Of a stretch of 52,333 nucleotides of DNA, positions 32,533 through 38,686 are shown in pieces. The stretch spans positions 1 through 52,333 of IMG/VR virus record IMGVR_UViG_3300043446_000626, one strand, 5' to 3'. Within the stretch, counting starts at the first letter, position 1; every line of letters starts with the position of its first letter. The position numbers and the translations under genes were made by a program. Source of the DNA: a virus. Its lineage: Duplodnaviria > Caudoviricetes. The notes beneath the pieces are model-generated. The model was not told the origin of the DNA. It worked only from the letters and a program-made list of their open reading frames with translations, and searched no databases.

Positions 32533-33204
32533 TTGACACCCCTGATCCGAGAGTTCGTCGCCATGAATCCGGCGGGAGCGGTGGAGTACCACTGGTTCGA
32601 CATGACCGGCTCCTACCGCAAGGAGCAGGCCGTCATCAGCGAAATTCTGTCCAGGCCATTGCCATACCCCAAGACGGCATTGGTATGCGCCTATGAGGAC
32701 AAGAAGGCTTTCATGTTCATCTATCAGGCTGACGGGGTTACGGGAGTGGGCGCGTTTCAAATTGAGAACAACAAGTTGCGCGAGGTGACGCCGTTCTTCT
32801 TCACCGTTGATGACAAGGGTATCAAGGTAAAGCACAAGGACGGAACGCCATTCGACTACCGCACCAGTCCTGCGACGGGAGTTTTGGCCTTCATCGCGGC
32901 TTTCATGGAGTCCTTAGAGGTCACGCCTGCCACTGGGTATCAACCTATCAAGCGTGCCAACTGGGAGAAGAAAGTCCGCCAAGGGAAGGCGCCGACCTAT
33001 GACTGGAAGACCGTGGTCATTGAGCCGAGCAAGCCCAGGGGAGCCGATCAAGGTGGAACGCACGCAAGCCCAAGGTGGCATGAGCGCCGCGGGCACTGGC
33101 GCAACACGAAGTCCGGCAAGAAGGTTTGGGTTAAGAACTGCGAGGTGGGCAACAAGGCTCTCGGAGCAGTGTTTAAGGACTACAAAATCAAGGAGATAGT
33201 GTGA
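32533..33204 (+). CDS. Hypothetical protein with HASPRWHERRGHWR motif
   Basis: TTG start with AGGAG SD; basic His/Arg C-terminal motif. Confidence 0.7.
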   Translation: MTPLIREFVAMNPAGAVEYHWFDMTGSYRKEQAVISEILSRPLPYPKTALVCAYEDKKAFMFIYQADGVTGVGAFQIENNKLREVTPFFFTVDDKGIKVKHKDGTPFDYRTSPATGVLAFIAAFMESLEVTPATGYQPIKRANWEKKVRQGKAPTYDWKTVVIEPSKPRGADQGGTHASPRWHERRGHWRNTKSGKKVWVKNCEVGNKALGAVFKDYKIKEIV

Positions 33205-33318
33205 ATGAAGACCGAAGAACGCATCGCCGCGGGCGTGTACCTGCTGATGTGGGTACTCGTTTACCTTTTCGCCATCTCGGTCCTGCTGATGGATCTCCTG
33301 GTCTGGAGACCAGGGTAA
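33205..33318 (+). CDS. 37-aa membrane peptide (absent from ORF track)
   Basis: MKTEERIAAGVYLLMWVLVYLFAISVLLMDLLVWRPG; SD AAGGAG. Confidence 0.6.
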   Translation: MKTEERIAAGVYLLMWVLVYLFAISVLLMDLLVWRPG

Positions 33319-33399
33319 GCACCTAGTTGACCCATCAATCTAACTTCGTGTTAAACTGGCAGCACTGCATGAGCAGGGTAACTGATCAAGGTAACTGAC
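33312..33399 (+). promoter_or_regulatory. Promoter cassette copy 2
   Basis: TTGACC...TAACTTCGTGTTAAACT, CACTGCATGAGCAG, two GGTAACTGA. Confidence 0.75.
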
Positions 33400-33885
33400 A
33401 TGAACGCAATCAACCAAATCTTCTCCTCCCTCGAAGCACTCTTCGCAGAGCAGGACAAGCAGATCGCCGACCGTGACGTTGAGTGGGCTCTGGGCCGCGC
33501 CAAGGCCGTCATTGAGTACCGCAGCAGCCCCGAGTACGCCGAGACGCGCAAGTGTGGCGCTTACGCCGTGTACAACACCCTGTTCGCTATTGCCGGTGGC
33601 AAGACTTGGTACAACCTGTTCAACGGCAACAGCAGCGCCGCGATCGAAGAGTTCATGCGGAAGAACGCCAAGGCCGTGGCCGAGAAGCGTAACGCGAAGA
33701 TCGCTTCCAAGTTGGTTGAGGCCGGTGTGGAGCAGGTTAACAGCGCCAAGGTCGGCTACTGCCCGGATGGCTTCCGCGGCCACTTCGAGATCAACGGCGA
33801 CCGCCATGTCACTATCGAAGTGATCCTGGCAGGCGGCTACAACATCCAACGCCTGCATCAGCGGGTTCTGTGCAAGGTGAAGTGA
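33400..33885 (+). CDS. Hypothetical protein
   Basis: C-terminal ILAGGYNIQRLHQRVL motif. Confidence 0.75.
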   Translation: MNAINQIFSSLEALFAEQDKQIADRDVEWALGRAKAVIEYRSSPEYAETRKCGAYAVYNTLFAIAGGKTWYNLFNGNSSAAIEEFMRKNAKAVAEKRNAKIASKLVEAGVEQVNSAKVGYCPDGFRGHFEINGDRHVTIEVILAGGYNIQRLHQRVLCKVK

Positions 33886-33893
33886 GGGAGGGG

Positions 33894-33984
33894 TAGGGAA
33901 ACTCCCTACTTCCCTCTACCCTTTAACTTGGTGTTAGAATGCAATCACTGCAACAGAGCAGGTAACTAAGAAAGGTAACTGACT
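33894..33984 (+). promoter_or_regulatory. Promoter cassette copy 3
   Basis: TAACTTGGTGTTAGAAT, CACTGCAACAGAGCAG, GGTAACTAA and GGTAACTGA. Confidence 0.75.
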
Positions 33985-34200
33985 ATGAACATCGACCAAC
34001 AACTGAATGCCCGCCAGTCCCGCCGCATGGCTTCTAACGACCGCTACCTTGCCCGCCTGGAGCGCCGCGAGGTTGCCGCCGAGCAAATGATCGGCGAACT
34101 GTCTAGCGGCAAGTGCTATGTGTGGCCCCAAGGCGGCAAGTACCGCGAAGGCACCCGCAGCGAGTTGGTGCAGTTCCTGATCCGCAACAACTACGCTTGA
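33985..34200 (+). CDS. Hypothetical protein
   Basis: ORF track; preceded by the cassette. Confidence 0.7.
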   Translation: MNIDQQLNARQSRRMASNDRYLARLERREVAAEQMIGELSSGKCYVWPQGGKYREGTRSELVQFLIRNNYA

Positions 34201-34212
34201 GGAGGGGAAGAA

Positions 34213-34467
34213 ATGCCGTTCATTCATGCTGTTGGCCGTGAGCACGGCATCAACGCCAAATCAGATGATGCGCTGTTTGATCTCTTGCAAGAGATGGGGA
34301 TAGGCCCCGCAAACTACTCTGCTACCACGATCGAGAGCGCTTTCCATGTTGCTTTTAGGCGAGGCATCTTGACCGCCGCTGAGGCTGATGCAGGGGCAGG
34401 CGAGTGCCTGAGCAAACGCAGGAAGCAACTGGCTAATCTTCGCAAGCAGGAAGATCAAAAGAAGTGA
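34213..34467 (+). CDS. Hypothetical protein
   Basis: SD GGAGG. Confidence 0.6.
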   Translation: MPFIHAVGREHGINAKSDDALFDLLQEMGIGPANYSATTIESAFHVAFRRGILTAAEADAGAGECLSKRRKQLANLRKQEDQKK

Positions 34468-34477
34468 TGGAGGGGGC

Positions 34478-34545
34478 TTGCGCCCCTTTCTAACTTCGTA
34501 TTAAAATGCACTCACTGCACGACGCAGGGTAACTGGAGCAAGAAC
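34478..34545 (+). promoter_or_regulatory. Promoter cassette copy 4
   Basis: TTGCGC N18 TAAAAT, TAACTTCGTATTA, CACTGCACGACGCAG, GGTAACTGG. Confidence 0.75.
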
Positions 34546-34764
34546 ATGAAGCACGCAGCAGACTTCGAGACCACGGTGGCAGGCATCCCCTGCGGGATCG
34601 TGATCACTCACTACCTCATCGATCGCGCCGACGATGGAGACTTCGTGGAGCGAGACTGGTTCGTTGTGGACAGCAAGGGTTACCGGGCTGACTGGCTCAA
34701 TACCAAGATCACCGACAAGGAAGAGCGCCGTATCAACCGCGAGATCGATGAGGTGATGGCATGA
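34546..34764 (+). CDS. Hypothetical protein
   Basis: FETTVAGIPCGI..DSKGYRADWL motif. Confidence 0.7.
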   Translation: MKHAADFETTVAGIPCGIVITHYLIDRADDGDFVERDWFVVDSKGYRADWLNTKITDKEERRINREIDEVMA

Positions 34765-34898
34765 CCCTCGAAGACCTGATCAGCCTGGAAGAGGCCATCG
34801 CTGAAGCCGAAGGGCTTCTATCTGCAGCAGAGTGGTATTGGATCCAGGAGACCGAGTCCGCACTGTCCCGCGAAGCCTACCCTTGGCTTTGCAGTTAA
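34761..34898 (+). CDS. 45-aa acidic hypothetical protein (absent from ORF track)
   Basis: ATGA overlap; MTLEDLISLEEAIAEAEG... Confidence 0.5.
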   Translation: MTLEDLISLEEAIAEAEGLLSAAEWYWIQETESALSREAYPWLCS

Positions 34899-34913
34899 AG
34901 AAAGGTGACTGAA

Positions 34914-35117
34914 ATGGAAATGAACGAGATCAACGACATCCTGATGGGCAAGATCGAAGGATCGCCCCAGGCGATCGACTACGCCCGCGGTGTGGGCAAG
35001 GCCACGGCCGTCATCTGGGGACTGCTGATAGGCATGGCCCCCGAGGACAGGAAGCGGATGGAGAACATCCTCCGCAGGAGCGCGCAGCCCGTTGAAAACA
35101 CAGCGGTTCAGCAGTAA
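34914..35117 (+). CDS. Hypothetical protein
   Basis: ATG 34914 after AAAGGTGACTGA. Confidence 0.6.
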   Translation: MEMNEINDILMGKIEGSPQAIDYARGVGKATAVIWGLLIGMAPEDRKRMENILRRSAQPVENTAVQQ

Positions 35118-35158
35118 AATCAGGGCTCTTCGGGGCCCTCCACTACTAGGAGAAAACC

Positions 35159-35323
35159 ATGTTCAAGAAGATCGCCGCCGTCCTGGCTATTACCACATTC
35201 GCCACCGCGGCCTATGCCTCGTGCCGGTTTTATACGGTTACCGTCAATGGCAAGACCATCAGTTGCACCGAGTGCTGCTACGGAACGGGCGCCGCCCGCA
35301 CCTGCAACACCACTTGCAACTGA
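35159..35323 (+). CDS. Secreted 54-aa cysteine-rich micro-protein (absent from ORF track)
   Basis: SD AGGAG; signal peptide MFKKIAAVLAITTFATAAYA then 34 aa with six Cys. Confidence 0.75.
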   Translation: MFKKIAAVLAITTFATAAYASCRFYTVTVNGKTISCTECCYGTGAARTCNTTCN

Positions 35324-35344
35324 ACCCGCGGCCCCGAGAAGGGG

Positions 35345-35522
35345 CCAACACGCATGGGCATCAGGCAAATTCGGGCGGAGTGCAGACCGCGCCGATGAGC
35401 CGCCTGCACAAGGTGCCCAGTCGTGTTGGTGAATTCGCAGGCTGATGCGAGGTCATGCAGGCGCAGGCCGTGAGGGGTCGCCGCCCCCAGATGCAAGCCG
35501 GAGATCAGCACCGGCCACCAAC
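35345..35522 (+). ncRNA. Structured non-coding RNA: long hairpin overlapping a tRNA-shaped kissing-loop element
   Basis: CCAACACG/CGTGTTGG and TGGGCATC/GGTGCCCA stems; GTTGGTG/CACCAAC, TCGC/GCGA and GCCGG/CCGGC arms; loops GCTGAT and ATCAGC are complementary. Confidence 0.6.
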
Positions 35523-35579
35523 TACCCAAATTCACAACCGCGAGTTAAACTCCCAGGCAAATGTCTCTGAAAGTACGAG

Positions 35580-36143
35580 ATGCCACGGAAAGCCGCCAAA
35601 ACCGAGCCTTCAAAAGCCCCTGACCAAGGGGTAGATACCACCCAGGCCGCGGAAAAGCCCAGAAAGAAGACTGGGCGCCCTACAGACTACGACGAAGAGA
35701 TCGCTTCCGCTATATGCGTCCGTATCGCCAACGGACAGCCTCTAAGGCAAATATGCATGGAAGAAGGGATGCCAGTCCAATCGACGGTGTATGTTTGGTT
35801 GACTCGCTTCCCTGAGTTCGCGGAGATGTACACACGCGCCCGCGAAGATCAGGCCGATACTCTGGCTGACGAGATTCAGGCCATCGCGGACGAAACCCCG
35901 GAGATGAACCCGATCGTGGACAAGAACGGGGAACTGATCCGGATCGAGATGCACTCGGCCTACATCCAATGGCAGAAGAACCGGATCGACGCCCGCAAGT
36001 GGGTTGCGGCCAAACTGAAGCCCCGCAAGTATGGGGACAAGGTCCAGTTGTCCGGGGACGCCGAGAACCCGCTGAAGGTGGAAGCCGATGTGACCATCTT
36101 CGATACCGTCCTGAAGGGCATAGAGCAGTCCCGCCGTGGATGA
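35580..36143 (+). CDS. terS: Terminase small subunit
   Basis: GRPTDYDEEIA..ICVRIANGQPLRQIC HTH; YTRARE; RIDARKWVAAKLKPRKYGDK; upstream of TerL. Confidence 0.9.
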   Translation: MPRKAAKTEPSKAPDQGVDTTQAAEKPRKKTGRPTDYDEEIASAICVRIANGQPLRQICMEEGMPVQSTVYVWLTRFPEFAEMYTRAREDQADTLADEIQAIADETPEMNPIVDKNGELIRIEMHSAYIQWQKNRIDARKWVAAKLKPRKYGDKVQLSGDAENPLKVEADVTIFDTVLKGIEQSRRG

Positions 36144-38469
36144 ACTTGTCGCCGTCCTGAAGGACGAGGAGATCCGGGAGAAGTTCAAGCGCCTCCCGGC
36201 TGACAGACAAGCCGCCTTTGCCTGGAGGGCGGGATGGCTCACCAAGGCTCACAAGCACCAGATCCTGCCCGACGGGGACTGGTGGAGCATCTGGCTCCTC
36301 CTGGCCGGTCGTGGAGCCGGGAAGACCAGGACGGCTGCGGAGCAGATAGGTTGGTGGGCCTGGGAGCAGCCTGGAACCCGGTGGCTCGTTGCTGCTCCGA
36401 CCTCCGCGGACGTTCGGGCTACCTGTTTTGAGGGGGATTCTGGGCTGATTGCCGTGATCCCTCCTATTCTCATCGCCGACTACAACCGGGCGTACCACGA
36501 GATCAAACTCACCAACGGCTCACTTATTAAGGGCATCCCTGCGTCTGAGCCTGAGCGCTTTCGTGGTCCTCAATTCCACGGCGGGTGGCTAGATGAACTT
36601 GCGGCTTGGGACTATCTGCAAGAGGCTTGGGATCAGATCATGTTCGGCGTGCGCCTGGGCAAGCACACCCGCATTCTGGCCACGACGACTCCTAAGCCCA
36701 AGGACTTGATCATCGACCTCATCGGCCGGGATGGTGACGATGTACAGGTCACGACAGCGAGCACTTACTCCAACCTGGACAACCTTGCTCCGTCCTTTCA
36801 GAAGCAGATCCTGCAGTACGAGGGAACGAAACTCGGCCGCCAGGAGATCTACGCTGAGATCATTGATCCTGAGGAGGGGGGTATCGTCTCCCGTGACTGG
36901 TTCCGCCTCTGGCCTGCAGACAAGCCCATCCCTAAACTGGACTTCGTCGTCCAGTCCTACGACTGCGCCTTCACTGAGAAGGCCCAGAACGATCCGACGG
37001 CAGCCATCACCTTCGGGGTCTTCCGCCAGGAGGATGGCCCTGGAAGCGTCCTGATCATCGACTGTTGGCAGGACCGCCTGCAGTATCCCGACCTCCGGCC
37101 GAAGGTCATCGATGAGTACGAGACCGTCTTCGGAGAGGGCAAGGACAAGAAGCGGGTGGATCTGGTCCTGGTCGAGGACAAGGCCGCGGGCATTTCTCTG
37201 ATACAAGACCTGCAGAGAGCACACATCCCTGTCAGGGCCTACAACCCAGGCAGGGCGGACAAGGTCCAACGCCTGTCCATCGTGGCCAACATCATCCGAG
37301 CCGGAAGAGTCTGGGTGCCCGAGAGCAGCGTCAGGAAGGGCTACGTCCGTGACTGGGCGGAAGGGATGGTCTCTCAGGTCTGCTCCTTCCCCAACACCGA
37401 CCACGACGACTTCTGCGTGGCCGAGGGCTCGATGGTGCTGATGGCCAATGGCGATTTGAAACCGATTGAGTCTGTGCGGGTAGGCGACTTTGTCCAGACC
37501 CCTAACGGCGCTCGTCGCGTCACCGCCTTCCACGACAACGGCGTCAAGGAGGTTTGGCAAGTTCAGGCTGACGGTCGCCTGCTACTGGCAACCGGCAACC
37601 ACGAGGTCTTCACGGACAGTGGGTGGATGCGTGTTGATAGTTTGAGACAAGCAGTCCATAATCTTCTGATCATTGATCAGGAGGAAATATGCCGTTCCAA
37701 AAGAAGCCGGGGGTGGTCGTTGAGGTCATTGAGTTCAATGGCCGTAAGTACCGGCGCTATCCTGAAAGCCCAAATCCGGCGCATCGTCGGTACTTTGGTC
37801 GGGCAGGGCATCGGCTGCACCGGGATGTCTGGGAGTTCCATCACGGGCCGATTCCCGATGGGATGCACGTTCACCACATTGATGGCAACACCGCGAACAA
37901 CGACATCAGCAATCTTGAGTGCGTCACTCGTGATGCCCATTGGGACGAACATCGCGCAGAACATTCAAGGCGCGGGAAGGGCAAGGAACAGTTGGAGCAC
38001 TTGGAACATATCCGATCCAAGGCCTCTGAGTGGCACAAGTCAGAAGAAGGCCGAGCGTGGCATCGAGAGCACGCAAAGCGCAGTCTCTCCAAAGTATGGG
38101 GCAAGCCTCGGGAGTTTCCTGAACTCCGCCTTAAATGCGTTTGGTGCGGCGCGGACATGGTTGGCAAGATCGCTAGGAAGAAGTTCTGCGGACCAACCTG
38201 TCAAAACGCTGAGTCCAAGTTTCGCCTCGGCAAGTCTTGTACAGAACACCCATACCACGCGGCGCGTGTTCGACCTGACAGTGGAGGGTGAGCACTGCTA
38301 CTTTGCCAACGGCATCCTGGTCCACAACTGCGATGCCTTGTCTCAAGCGCTCCGATACTTGCGGGACGCAGGTTTCTTGAACATTGATCCAGAACCTGAC
38401 GATGGCCCTGACGAGGATGATTACGCCGACGCGGGGATGAGAAAGCGGGAGAATCCATATGCGTCTTGA
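36136..38469 (+). CDS. terL: Terminase large subunit precursor containing an intein (472 aa after splicing)
   Basis: Walker A AGRGAGKT, Walker B GWLDE, nuclease SYDCA and VEDKAAG; splicing restores HDDF-CDALSQAL. Confidence 0.95.
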   Translation: MDELVAVLKDEEIREKFKRLPADRQAAFAWRAGWLTKAHKHQILPDGDWWSIWLLLAGRGAGKTRTAAEQIGWWAWEQPGTRWLVAAPTSADVRATCFEGDSGLIAVIPPILIADYNRAYHEIKLTNGSLIKGIPASEPERFRGPQFHGGWLDELAAWDYLQEAWDQIMFGVRLGKHTRILATTTPKPKDLIIDLIGRDGDDVQVTTASTYSNLDNLAPSFQKQILQYEGTKLGRQEIYAEIIDPEEGGIVSRDWFRLWPADKPIPKLDFVVQSYDCAFTEKAQNDPTAAITFGVFRQEDGPGSVLIIDCWQDRLQYPDLRPKVIDEYETVFGEGKDKKRVDLVLVEDKAAGISLIQDLQRAHIPVRAYNPGRADKVQRLSIVANIIRAGRVWVPESSVRKGYVRDWAEGMVSQVCSFPNTDHDDFCVAEGSMVLMANGDLKPIESVRVGDFVQTPNGARRVTAFHDNGVKEVWQVQADGRLLLATGNHEVFTDSGWMRVDSLRQAVHNLLIIDQEEICRSKRSRGWSLRSLSSMAVSTGAILKAQIRRIVGTLVGQGIGCTGMSGSSITGRFPMGCTFTTLMATPRTTTSAILSASLVMPIGTNIAQNIQGAGRARNSWSTWNISDPRPLSGTSQKKAERGIESTQSAVSPKYGASLGSFLNSALNAFGAARTWLARSLGRSSADQPVKTLSPSFASASLVQNTHTTRRVFDLTVEGEHCYFANGILVHNCDALSQALRYLRDAGFLNIDPEPDDGPDEDDYADAGMRKRENPYAS
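37634..37688 (+). promoter_or_regulatory. Internal promoter and RBS-sequestering hairpin for the nested HNH gene
   Basis: TTGATA N17 CATAAT; hairpin CTTCTGATC-ATT-GATCAGGAG covering SD AGGAGG. Confidence 0.6.
37689..38291 (+). CDS. HNH homing endonuclease nested out of frame within the intein
   Basis: LHRDVWEFHHGPIPDGMHVHHIDGNTANNDISNLECVT HNH motif; C-terminal CVWC..FCGPTC zinc finger; SD AGGAGG. Confidence 0.9.
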   Translation: MPFQKKPGVVVEVIEFNGRKYRRYPESPNPAHRRYFGRAGHRLHRDVWEFHHGPIPDGMHVHHIDGNTANNDISNLECVTRDAHWDEHRAEHSRRGKGKEQLEHLEHIRSKASEWHKSEEGRAWHREHAKRSLSKVWGKPREFPELRLKCVWCGADMVGKIARKKFCGPTCQNAESKFRLGKSCTEHPYHAARVRPDSGG

Positions 38470-38683
38470 AGTTATGGTCGAGCCTTTGGACTCTAAGGAA
38501 CTCCCGGCTTACGAAGTCACAGTCAAGGTGACCCAGTGCCAGAACAGGTTTGAGATCATCGCCAAGCCTGGGGCAGAGATTGATTCCTGGCAGGTGCAGG
38601 CTTTACTGGCAAACTGGCTGAGATCCCGCGTAGACTCAGAAAAGACTGGTGGGCATAATCCATCATCTTCCGAGCGAGGGTAA
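38459..38683 (+). CDS. Hypothetical protein
   Basis: SD GGAG; fills the gap after terL. Confidence 0.55.
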   Translation: MRLEVMVEPLDSKELPAYEVTVKVTQCQNRFEIIAKPGAEIDSWQVQALLANWLRSRVDSEKTGGHNPSSSERG

Positions 38684-38686
38684 GCC

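Larger units (their letters stand above)
37414..38328 (+). mobile_element. Intein (305 aa) in the TerL nuclease motif
   Basis: Block A CVAEGSMVLMANG..PIESVRVGDFV, block B ATGNHEV, block F RVFDLTVEGEHCYFANG, block G ILVHN followed by Cys+1. Confidence 0.95.

Noticed and set aside
32109-34545. Repeated leaders as a CRISPR or attC/integron array
   Set aside because: The repeats are degenerate promoter-like elements separated by whole genes; no cas or integrase gene was seen
35376-35410. Hammerhead ribozyme suggested by CCGATGAG
   Set aside because: The core is not CTGATGA and no matching GAAA follows a stem II
35425-35522. Canonical tRNA gene
   Set aside because: No TTC T-loop and no 7-nt anticodon loop; reported as a tRNA-shaped ncRNA instead
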